A DNA stretch of 64,000 nt. Origin: an uncultured Gemmatimonadaceae bacterium (GTDB lineage: Bacteria; Gemmatimonadota; Gemmatimonadetes; Gemmatimonadales; Gemmatimonadaceae). Below are positions 10,935 to 19,494 of this stretch, piece by piece; position 1 is the stretch's first letter, and every line of letters begins with the position of its first letter. The position numbers and the translations under genes were made by a program. The notes below the pieces were generated by a model that worked only from the letters and a program-made list of their open reading frames with translations, was not told where the DNA came from and searched no databases. The stretch spans positions 1,184,001-1,248,000 of the forward strand of contig CAVUDW010000003.1 in the NCBI GenBank assembly GCA_963740355.1, in the 5' to 3' direction.

Positions 10935-13028
10935 ATGAGCCGTACATCGCTGCGTCACCGGATGCGTCAGGCCGCTCAGCTCGCGCTGACGACCGCGCTG
11001 GCAGGGCTGCTGGTGTCACCACTGACCGCGCAGGGCACGCGACGAGGGTTGGAGCCACGATCCGCATCGGGCTCCGCTGGCGCGGGATTCGGCACCTATC
11101 ACGCGATCATCTTCGCCGTCGGTGAACAGCAGCCAAGCAGTGGGCTGCCGTCGCTGCGCTTCCCGATCAAGGAAGCCGACAGCCTGCGCGCCGTGATCAC
11201 GCGTGAGTACACGTTCGATCCGAAGAATGTGCAGGTCGTGAAGAACCCGACGCGCGAAGCGATCCTCGACTCACTCGAGGCCGTGGCGCGCCGTCTCGGG
11301 CCGGAAGACAACCTGCTGGTGGTGTACAGTGGGCATGGTGGTTTTGACGAAGCCGGTCGCGAGGGCTACTGGCTGGCGGCCGACGCGGCGAACGCACGCA
11401 AGAGCACCTGGATTCCCAACGAGTCGATCCGCACCTGGCTGCGCACGCTGAAGGCGCGCTCGGTGCTGCTGATCACCGATGCCTGCTTCAGCGGTTCACT
11501 CAATCGCAGCAATGATGATCGCGTGGTGCTGCCCGCCGATAACCAGCGGGCGATTGCCGGAGCGCTGATGTATGCGCGCCGCAGCAGTCGCCAGGCGATG
11601 ACGGCCGGGACCGCGAAGGAGACGGTGCCGCAGGTGAGCATCTTCTCGATGGAGATCATCGCCGCACTGAAGGCCCGGCGCGCACCGGTGTTCATGGCGC
11701 AACAGCTTGCCGGTGAGATCAATCCGCGAGTCGCCGCCGTCGCACACACCACACCGACGTTCAGCGCAGTCCCCGGCATCGAGAGTGACCAGGGCGACTT
11801 CGTATTCGTGCGTCGCACCACGCCGACCGATGGTGGCGTGGTGGGCATGGATGATGTGTCGCGCAACAACACGGTCGGTGCGGCCACGGTGGCGCAGGGT
11901 GCAGGCGGCGTGCAGCGCGGCGCGACCGGCGCGGGCAACAGCACACCGCAACGCAATGTGGGCGCAACAGCGCCGGTGACGCAGCCTGTCACGACGCCAC
12001 GGGCTTCCTCCGGCAGCGGCAGCGGCAGCGGCAGCAGCGACCCGGGATCGAAGATGGGCAACATCGGCACCGGTACGCCGAGTACGACAACCGCGCGACC
12101 GGACGCGGCGCGCGCCGCCGCGGGTATCGAGGCGGCGCCAGTGATCGCTGCACCAACCCGACCGGCATCGAAGGCCGCACCAGGCTGCGATGGTGGCGTT
12201 GCATCCGGCTGCATCACGCTGGCGCTGAACCTCGAGTATGGTCGCAACAGTGTCGCGAAGAACGTGCCGCGCGCGGTTGGGCTCTACCGACTGGCGTGTG
12301 ATGCGAAGGATGCCGACGGCTGCATGAATCTTGGCCGCATGTACGACTCGCCGCACGAAGGGGTGTCGATGGATCGCGGCAAGGCGCGTGCATTGTATGC
12401 GCAGGCCTGCGATGCCGGCTCCGGCGACGCGTGCACATTCCTCGGCCTTGCCGCGTCGAAGGGTGAGGGTGGCCCGGTCGACGATGCGAAGGCCGCAGTG
12501 CTCTGGGCGAAGGGCTGCGATGCGGGACACATGCAAGGCTGCGCGCTGCTGGGTGTCGCGTACGCCAACGGCAAGGGTGCACCGAAGAATGAAACTCGTG
12601 CAGCCCTGCTGCTCCAGCGTGCATGCGCTGCCAATGAAGCGGTGGGTTGCGCCGCACTCGGCACCATGACCGCTGGTGGCAAGGGCGGACTGACGCGTGA
12701 CTCGGTGAAGGCGATCGGCTACTGGCGCCAGGCCTGCACCGCACCCGTGAGCGTGGCGGAAGGCTGTGCCTACCTCGGCGCTGGTTATCTGCGCGGGTCA
12801 GGCGTGATGCGTGATGACGTGCGCGCCGGCCAGTACCTGAGCCAGGGATGCGAAGGCGGATTCGCCTTCGGCTGCTCCTCGTTGGCCAGCATGTACGAAG
12901 CCGGCACGTCAGTCACCGCCAAAAGCATCACGCGAGCGGCGGAGTTCTACAAGCGCGGCTGCGATGGTGGCGACCAGAAAGCCTGTGCGTGGGTTACCGC
13001 GAACCCGCAGCCGGCACCGAAGAAGTAG
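10935..13028 (+). CDS. Secreted caspase-family (C14) protein with C-terminal Sel1-like repeats
   Basis: Start trimmed to MSRTSL; signal peptide ending LTA-Q; YSGHG, TDACFSG; G/S/T/A-rich linker; multiple Cys-paired Sel1 repeats (ACDA...GCxxLG). Confidence 0.88.
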   Translation: MSRTSLRHRMRQAAQLALTTALAGLLVSPLTAQGTRRGLEPRSASGSAGAGFGTYHAIIFAVGEQQPSSGLPSLRFPIKEADSLRAVITREYTFDPKNVQVVKNPTREAILDSLEAVARRLGPEDNLLVVYSGHGGFDEAGREGYWLAADAANARKSTWIPNESIRTWLRTLKARSVLLITDACFSGSLNRSNDDRVVLPADNQRAIAGALMYARRSSRQAMTAGTAKETVPQVSIFSMEIIAALKARRAPVFMAQQLAGEINPRVAAVAHTTPTFSAVPGIESDQGDFVFVRRTTPTDGGVVGMDDVSRNNTVGAATVAQGAGGVQRGATGAGNSTPQRNVGATAPVTQPVTTPRASSGSGSGSGSSDPGSKMGNIGTGTPSTTTARPDAARAAAGIEAAPVIAAPTRPASKAAPGCDGGVASGCITLALNLEYGRNSVAKNVPRAVGLYRLACDAKDADGCMNLGRMYDSPHEGVSMDRGKARALYAQACDAGSGDACTFLGLAASKGEGGPVDDAKAAVLWAKGCDAGHMQGCALLGVAYANGKGAPKNETRAALLLQRACAANEAVGCAALGTMTAGGKGGLTRDSVKAIGYWRQACTAPVSVAEGCAYLGAGYLRGSGVMRDDVRAGQYLSQGCEGGFAFGCSSLASMYEAGTSVTAKSITRAAEFYKRGCDGGDQKACAWVTANPQPAPKK

Positions 13029-13854
13029 GCATGGCCGTGGCAACGGATGACGCTCGCCGCACATTGCGCGCTGCGACGTCGTCCTGCCAGGGCTGCGCCA
13101 ATTCGCGCAACACCGACTTCGCCACCACCGGATGCATGGCACCGGTGCGCGACAACATGCGCGCGAGCAATGCGCTCATCACCGGCGCGGCATAGCTGCT
13201 GCCGGTGACGGTCTTGGTGCCGCCACCGATCCACGGTGCCTGCACCCCCTGCCCTCCCGTCGCGAACTCGACGAGGTGGCCCGGCAGGTGATGAAAGACG
13301 CCCGCAACCGTGCGAGCCATGTTCACGGCGACGACCGTCGGAAAGTGCGACGGCCATTCGCGTCGATCGATGTCGACGTTCGAGCAGGCGGAGACGACGT
13401 GCACGTGACGCAGGTAGGCCTCGTCGACCCAGTCCTTGAACGGCAGCACGAACGCCGCATCGCCGCGACAGCCGAAGCTGCAGTTCAGGATGTGATAGCC
13501 GCGTTCCATCGCCAGTCGAGCACCGGCGGCGATGATCACGCTGCGACTCGCGAGATCCGCACCCAGGACACGAAAACTCCCGATCTGCGCGGCAGGTGCA
13601 ATGTCGTGAATGATCCCCGCGATCGCGGTACCGTGCCCGTACGCATCTTCGCCCGCTCCATCGCTGACGCTGACCCTCGGCCCCTCGCCGACGAGGATCA
13701 CATCGTCCGCGAGCGTCAAGCCATGCAGTGCGGGATGCGACGATTCGATGCCGGTATCGAGGACTGCGACGCGTATTCCGGCGCCGTCGCCGTCACGCAA
13801 CGCGGCACGTGGGCCGTCGAGGCGCAGGACGGCATCCTCAGCGCGCTCAGGCAC
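12994..13854 (-). CDS. S8 (subtilisin-like) serine peptidase, short, no signal peptide
   Basis: Triad motifs VAVLDTG, GHGT, GSSYAAP; 3' end overlaps the caspase-Sel1 gene. Confidence 0.88.
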   Translation of the reverse strand: MPERAEDAVLRLDGPRAALRDGDGAGIRVAVLDTGIESSHPALHGLTLADDVILVGEGPRVSVSDGAGEDAYGHGTAIAGIIHDIAPAAQIGSFRVLGADLASRSVIIAAGARLAMERGYHILNCSFGCRGDAAFVLPFKDWVDEAYLRHVHVVSACSNVDIDRREWPSHFPTVVAVNMARTVAGVFHHLPGHLVEFATGGQGVQAPWIGGGTKTVTGSSYAAPVMSALLARMLSRTGAMHPVVAKSVLRELAQPWQDDVAARNVRRASSVATAMPTSSVPAAGSR

Positions 13855-14425
13855 CCTGCAACCCCAGCACCGAGTCGAGCAGCGTGAGGTCGATCAGGCG
13901 ACCAGCCACGTTGACATCCCGTTCGAAGTTCTCGAGATCCGCGGGTGAAAATCCTGGCGCCGCCGCCCCACCGGCCAATTGCACGCAGGAAACGACACCG
14001 CGCACGCCGCCGGCAAACACCAGCGGTACCGCCATCATCGCGACCGTCTGCAGCCCCAGCATGGTGTCCAGCGTCGAGTCACGCATGGCATTGCTGGCGA
14101 CGTCGTTTTCGCAGAACGCCTGCTCGGTGACCGCCACCATCCCGATGATGCCACGATCCAGTGGCTGCTCGAAACGGTCCACCAGTGTCTGTGCATGCGG
14201 GCCGCTGTTAATTGCCGGCACGAGCGAGTTTCCGCGAACCAGCCAGAGCGTGCCTTCATGCGCGCCAGAACGGACGAAGGACGTGAGGATCACGTCGCGC
14301 GCGGTCGCGGCCTGAGCGCTGCGCAGCCAGGGGCCATCAATCAGTGCACCGTACTCCTGCAGGCGGCGCTGCAACAGCGGTGCGCTGGCCGACAGTTCGG
14401 GGTCTGGGCGAAATCGATTCGGCAT
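13847..14425 (-). CDS. Stand-alone GAF domain protein
   Basis: Start trimmed to MPNRFR; RGIIGMVAVTEQAFCENDV, TVAMMAVPLVFAGGVRGVVSCVQ, GFSPADLE. Confidence 0.8.
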   Translation of the reverse strand: MPNRFRPDPELSASAPLLQRRLQEYGALIDGPWLRSAQAATARDVILTSFVRSGAHEGTLWLVRGNSLVPAINSGPHAQTLVDRFEQPLDRGIIGMVAVTEQAFCENDVASNAMRDSTLDTMLGLQTVAMMAVPLVFAGGVRGVVSCVQLAGGAAAPGFSPADLENFERDVNVAGRLIDLTLLDSVLGLQGA

Positions 14426-14436
14426 CGTGGTCTCTA

Positions 14437-16248
14437 TCAGGGAGCGGAAATCTGGGCGCTGCGCAGGCGGAATGCCTGTACCGGTTGCGAGCGTCCACTG
14501 AGCGACAACTCGCCGAGGTCGTCCACGGCCGGTGGCTTGCCTCCCAACAACAGCATCGTCGCGCCGGAGACGATGATGCGACAACGCATTGGTGCGCCGG
14601 AATCGTCCGGCAAGTCCACCGATTGCAGGCGTGCGGCCACGTTCACGACGTCACCCACCACGGTGTACTTGAGTCGTGTCGCGCCACCGATGGTACCCGC
14701 GACGGCGACGCCGCTGTGGATTCCGATGCGCGCCTGTGTGCCCGCCTTGCCGATTGACGCAGGCAGCAGGCGTTCGATGGTGGCAGCCAGAACCACCGCA
14801 CAGTTCACGGCGTTCTCGGCGTCACGTTCGATGTCGCGCGTATCGCGACGTGGCACCGGCACGCCGAAATCCGCCTTGATGCCATCACCGGCGAAGTCGT
14901 CGACCAGCCCACCGAATGTGGCAATGTCGGCCGTGCAGGCAGCCGTGACGTCGGTGAGGAGTTGCATCACCTCACTAGCAACGTGGCTTTCACTGAAACG
15001 CGTGAAGCCGCGCAGGTCGACGAACAACACCGTGACAGGCAGCTGCAGAGGTGCCGGACGTCCCCCCTCCAGGTACAGATGTCGTTCGCTCCACGCCGCA
15101 GTCGCAAGTTCCGGGGTCACGAAGCGAGAGAAGAGGAGTGTGGTGAGCCGCTGGCGTCGGCGCACTTGCCAGAACGACACCGCCTCCACGCCAAGCAGTG
15201 CCGCCACCCAGACGAGGAGCGTCGAGCCAAGCGGGAGCCACATGCCAGAGCCATCGACCAGCCAGAGCACCAGCGCCGCTTGCAGGAGAATTCCACCGAC
15301 AGCAAGAACTGGCGTCACTCGAATGGACGTCAGCGCGGCGCCAACCGCGCCGATCAGGACCCAGCTCGCGAGCCAGAGCACGACCAATGGCCATGATGCG
15401 TCGCGCACTGCCTGCCGTTCACCACGGGCGATCTGTATTCGATCGTTGATGTCGTGCGCAAGGATCGCCAGTGCCGGCATGGCGCCGACGCTGGTGGGAA
15501 CGGTGCTGCCATCGTCGATGCCGAGCAGCGCCACGGTGCCTGTCACGCGCTGACGCAGCGTCGCGAGATCGAGCGCCAGCACACTGTCGATCGACATGGC
15601 ACGAATGCCGTACCAGTCGCTTCCGGCGTCAGCGAAGCGTAGTCGGAGCGGTCGGCTGTCAGCCGGCTCCTTCGTCACCGGTGCTCGAGCGAGTCGGGCT
15701 GCGACTTCGTCGTCGAGCCAGCGCTCGCCAGTCGCGGCACGAGGCATCGTCCGTACGACACCATCGGGGTCACGCAACAGCGCCGTGAGCCCGATGCGTG
15801 GGCCAGTGTTCCGTCGTACTCGCAGTGCCTCGGGCACGAACCACGGCCACGCCACCGAGTCACCCGCGAGCGTGACGCCGACGACGACTCGCGGCGATGT
15901 CGCCAGCAAGTCTGGCAGCGAGCCAGCCGGTGCCACCGGCACCGACATATCGATGGCGATCGCGGCCGACTGTGCGCCGGCGGAGTCGAGGCGAAGCACG
16001 GCATCGGACACCATCCAATCGCCGGTGCGCGATGCGGCACGCACAACGAGCAGTTGGGGCGTGACTGGGGTATCAGCCAGTGCAGTGGCCACACGATCCC
16101 AGGCGGCGCGATCGAGGGAATCGCGAAGGCGAAGTCCCGACACCACCCCAATCGCCACCAGTGCCGCGAGAATCCCACCAGCGATCGCGAGGCCCTGCGC
16201 GTCAAGGAAACGTTCCCGTGTCGACGGGGTGTCGATCACTGGCGGCAC
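14437..16248 (-). CDS. CHASE2-domain class III nucleotidyl cyclase
   Basis: N-terminal TM, DPDGVVR CHASE2 motif, 3 TMs, LFVDLRGFT, GDGIKADFG, RIGIHSG, YTVVGDVVNVAARLQ. Confidence 0.88.
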   Translation of the reverse strand: MPPVIDTPSTRERFLDAQGLAIAGGILAALVAIGVVSGLRLRDSLDRAAWDRVATALADTPVTPQLLVVRAASRTGDWMVSDAVLRLDSAGAQSAAIAIDMSVPVAPAGSLPDLLATSPRVVVGVTLAGDSVAWPWFVPEALRVRRNTGPRIGLTALLRDPDGVVRTMPRAATGERWLDDEVAARLARAPVTKEPADSRPLRLRFADAGSDWYGIRAMSIDSVLALDLATLRQRVTGTVALLGIDDGSTVPTSVGAMPALAILAHDINDRIQIARGERQAVRDASWPLVVLWLASWVLIGAVGAALTSIRVTPVLAVGGILLQAALVLWLVDGSGMWLPLGSTLLVWVAALLGVEAVSFWQVRRRQRLTTLLFSRFVTPELATAAWSERHLYLEGGRPAPLQLPVTVLFVDLRGFTRFSESHVASEVMQLLTDVTAACTADIATFGGLVDDFAGDGIKADFGVPVPRRDTRDIERDAENAVNCAVVLAATIERLLPASIGKAGTQARIGIHSGVAVAGTIGGATRLKYTVVGDVVNVAARLQSVDLPDDSGAPMRCRIIVSGATMLLLGGKPPAVDDLGELSLSGRSQPVQAFRLRSAQISAP

Positions 16249-16315
16249 GGATGCATCATACGGAAGTCACGATTCACGACGCGTTGCGTACAGACAAGGG
16301 GTGGTGTTGCGCTTC

Positions 16316-17038
16316 ATGAGACTCTCGTTCGGTTTTCCGCCGGCAGTGCTGCTGGCCGCTCCAGTGTTGCTGGCGTTGCTGGGTACGCGCCTGCAGGGGC
16401 AGGATACCACCCGATCCGCACCGCCGCCGCCCGCCGCGTCGCGCATCGCGGCGCGTTTGCTGGTGGTGTTCCGGCCACCCGTGCGCGGGGTGCGCCGCGA
16501 ACGAGCGCTCACGCGCGGTGGTGACGGCGCTCGCGCCCTGATTCCCGACGCACGCGTGGACACACTGGTACCGCAGACGCTCCGCGACACGCCGCATGTC
16601 GCGGTCTGCGCCGCCGGCGAGCCCGACTCGGCCCGGCTCACGGTGCGCATCACCGACAGCACGACCTCCACATCCGCCGATGGCATCACCTACGGGGCGA
16701 CCAGCGGAACCAGTCGGAGCGTGATGATCGGCCTTCGCGCCGGACTCAATCGCATCCCGCTCGCCTCCACCGGCCTCACGCTCGCCGACGGCGCCCTTGC
16801 CGAGTGGTCGCTCAGCACACGCTCCGGCGAGGTGTTCCTGCAGGAGTTCATTCAGCGGCACGTCGTACGCAGCACGCCAACGATCAATGCGCTGGCCACC
16901 AACGGCATCTGGTACGATGCCCTCGACCTGTTCGTGGTTGACGCGCTGCGCGGCATTCCACTGGCGAGCGAACGCCTCGATGCGTTCCTGACCAGCGTGG
17001 GTGCGATGCCATGCGCCGAGCCACCCGCCAGGCCATAG
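16316..17038 (+). CDS. Secreted DUF928-like protein
   Basis: Start trimmed to MRLSFG; signal peptide; FRPPVRG...TRGG N-terminus and LATNGIWYDAL motif typical of DUF928; divergent from the CHASE2 cyclase. Confidence 0.7.
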   Translation: MRLSFGFPPAVLLAAPVLLALLGTRLQGQDTTRSAPPPPAASRIAARLLVVFRPPVRGVRRERALTRGGDGARALIPDARVDTLVPQTLRDTPHVAVCAAGEPDSARLTVRITDSTTSTSADGITYGATSGTSRSVMIGLRAGLNRIPLASTGLTLADGALAEWSLSTRSGEVFLQEFIQRHVVRSTPTINALATNGIWYDALDLFVVDALRGIPLASERLDAFLTSVGAMPCAEPPARP

Positions 17039-17072
17039 GGATCATAGGAATGCACATGGCACGCGGCTGAAG

Positions 17073-17111
17073 CACACGGGGGATGCGCCATGTCGGTGCA
17101 TCCCCCGTGTG
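17073..17111. terminator. Hairpin between convergent genes
   Basis: Perfect 14-bp stem CACACGGGGGATGC / GCATCCCCCGTGTG. Confidence 0.7.
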
Positions 17112-17175
17112 TCTTGTGCGTTGGTTCCTTCACTCGTGCGCCGCCCGACGCCAGACTGCGCGCCGAGCGAGTGGC

Positions 17176-17646
17176 TCAGTTACGAACCGTCCAGCGGAAG
17201 CCAGACGTCGCGTCGCCAGTGACCGGGCCCCATGACGAGTAGCTGCCATCGGTGAACACGGCGCGCGCATACAAGCGATGATCGCCAGCGCCGTAGTAGC
17301 CGCAGGCATCGCCCCACGGCGACACGGTGCCGACGAAGTTGCCGTCGACGTAGATCTTCACATACAGGTCAACGCGGCTGTCGATGCAGATCTGGCCCGG
17401 CTCGACGGCTGATGCGCCGCGCGTGCTCTTGCCAGCGGGTTCCGGCGTGGCCGGCTTGTTGAGCGCGTTCGGCGCGTCGTCCTTGCGGACGTTGGCATCG
17501 GCGCTGCCGCCGCGGCTCTTGGTGCTGTTGGAGGTGGCGCCAGCCTGGCGCTTGGCGGCCTGTGCCTGCACGTCAGTGGCAACGAACATCGTTGCTGCGA
17601 CGAGGCCAAGTCCGAGGAGAGCGGCACGAATCGTGGGAGTACGCAT
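17176..17646 (-). CDS. Small secreted protein of unknown function (disordered N-half, beta-rich Cys-containing C-domain)
   Basis: Start trimmed to MRTPTI; signal peptide ending VQA-Q; SRGG and TRGA in linker; YVKIYVDGNFVGTVSPWG. Confidence 0.75.
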   Translation of the reverse strand: MRTPTIRAALLGLGLVAATMFVATDVQAQAAKRQAGATSNSTKSRGGSADANVRKDDAPNALNKPATPEPAGKSTRGASAVEPGQICIDSRVDLYVKIYVDGNFVGTVSPWGDACGYYGAGDHRLYARAVFTDGSYSSWGPVTGDATSGFRWTVRN

Positions 17647-17863
17647 GGTTCGGTTCACCGTCAAAGTGAGGAGGAGTCTGGCAGCCCTGGGTAGGAGCTG
17701 CGCAATGATCTGACGCGGGGCACGACATTGTCAAGCAAACAAACGACATCCAGCTCCAGCGACCGCAGGCACTGCAACCAACACGTCACGAGCACACTTC
17801 AGGAACAGGCTGCAACAAGGACGTTCAACACCGGCTTCCATCACGTCAGACACGCCGAGACGC

Positions 17864-19309
17864 TCAGCTTGTCCATGCCGCCTGGGTCCGCCCAACCAGC
17901 ACCGAGAACCGATGGTCGGAGCGCAATCCATCCCACCGCGGGTCCACCAGCAGTTCGACGGTCCACGGCGCACGCTGCTCGATCGCGGCGGCAATCGCCC
18001 GCAGCGCGCGGCTCTGCGCTGCGGGTGAAAGCGATTTCGCTGTCCCATGCGCTACCGCCACCTGACCCGCCGCGAGGATCACCGGATCCACCACTCCTTT
18101 CGCACGCTCCGCCACACTGACCAGCGATGCGAGGTCGAAAGCGCGGGTGAGCAAAAGTGCCATCGTCAGTGAGCGGAGCGCCGAGAGGTCCATAGCGACG
18201 TCATCGAACCAGGCGCGCACCGCCAGACTGCGTGCCTCGGCGGCGCGACCGAGTGCTGCCAGTGCCCGGGCCCGATACGGCAGCACCGCAGCCGCATACG
18301 GCGCGTGGTGCGTCACGCCGAGGGCGCCGATCGGATCGCGATCTGCCAGCAGGCGCCAGCGACACTGCAGGGCAACCAGACGCGCATCGTCATGCGCCAC
18401 CTGCTGCTCGGCGCGTTCCCAGCACCGTTGCACCAGCGGATCGTCTGGCTCGGGCGCATGATCCGCCACCTCGGCCCGATCCAGCAGCGCGTGCAGCACC
18501 CGCAGTGAGCGATCGGCACCTTCGCTGAGCGGAAGTTCTTCGAGCAGCTCCAGATCGAAGGCGTCGCGCGCCGTGACTTCATCCTCAGCCACCAGCGCGT
18601 TGTCGCGCACACCGCAGACCGCCTGGGCAAATGCGATCGCGGAGCTGAAGCGAGCCTCCTGATTGCCGCCCAGCGCCCGGTGCAGCAGCAGTGTCAGTTC
18701 GTCGGGAATCTCCCCAGGCATCGGCGAGCCAACGCGCCACGGCGTGCCTGTCAGCGACTCGAAAAGTGTGCAGGCCAATGCGAAGACATCCGCCGACACT
18801 GCGCGTCGTCCCGCTGCATCGTCGAGCACTCGGCCGGTGCGCTGAAAGCCACCAAGCACCGGCTGCTGATCGATGAACGCGATAGACGCCGCCGAAATCG
18901 ACCCATGGACGATGCCGATGCTATGCGCGAAATGCAGCAGGTCTGCTATCGCGATTGCGTTCGCAACCGCAGACTCCACCGGCATCTTGCCATCGCGTTG
19001 AATTGCGTCGGCAAGCGACACCTCGATCCACGGCGTGACCATGTAGAGCCAACCGGCCGCGCGTCCCGAGTCGAGCAGCGGAAGCACTGCGGACTGGTGC
19101 GCGAGGCTCTCCAGCGCACCGATCTCGCGCGCCAGGCTGGCCGTGGCCATGCCGTCGGCGGCGCACTCGACCGCCGCAATGCAGACCGACGCACCGGAGG
19201 ACACATCCAGTGCCTGGACGACCTGCCGCGGGCCCACGCTGGTCCAGGGACCTGCGGGCTGCCAAGCGGCTGTCAGCGCGGATTCGAGCGAGGAAAGGAT
19301 CTCAGACAC
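17864..19309 (-). CDS. Ser/Thr protein kinase-like protein (probable pseudokinase) with helical C-terminus
   Basis: Kinase fold cues LAREIGALESLAH, LLDSG, LYMVTPWIE, GIVHGSI, ADVFALAC; catalytic motifs degenerate; C-terminal DPRWDGLRSDHRF. Confidence 0.75.
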   Translation of the reverse strand: MSEILSSLESALTAAWQPAGPWTSVGPRQVVQALDVSSGASVCIAAVECAADGMATASLAREIGALESLAHQSAVLPLLDSGRAAGWLYMVTPWIEVSLADAIQRDGKMPVESAVANAIAIADLLHFAHSIGIVHGSISAASIAFIDQQPVLGGFQRTGRVLDDAAGRRAVSADVFALACTLFESLTGTPWRVGSPMPGEIPDELTLLLHRALGGNQEARFSSAIAFAQAVCGVRDNALVAEDEVTARDAFDLELLEELPLSEGADRSLRVLHALLDRAEVADHAPEPDDPLVQRCWERAEQQVAHDDARLVALQCRWRLLADRDPIGALGVTHHAPYAAAVLPYRARALAALGRAAEARSLAVRAWFDDVAMDLSALRSLTMALLLTRAFDLASLVSVAERAKGVVDPVILAAGQVAVAHGTAKSLSPAAQSRALRAIAAAIEQRAPWTVELLVDPRWDGLRSDHRFSVLVGRTQAAWTS

Positions 19310-19494
19310 GGCGTCGTCAGTTGAGGCGGCGGGGAGGCACAGATGCGGTCGCTCTCCCGATAGACACGCTATTCGCTGTTGTTGTCCGTGCCATCACCCA
19401 AAGGGGTGAGCACCTCCGGTCGCAGCGCGTGGCCAGACTCACCGACAGGTGTCATTCTTGTGCTGTCACACACTCCTCGCACACTTCCCGACCC

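Noticed and set aside
12008..12038. (GGCAGC)n repeat as a phase-variation tract
   Set aside because: In-frame hexamer encoding a Gly-Ser linker
13979..16315. Long + strand ORFs (524 aa; first half of the 480-aa ORF)
   Set aside because: Antisense shadows of the GAF and cyclase genes, expected in GC-rich DNA
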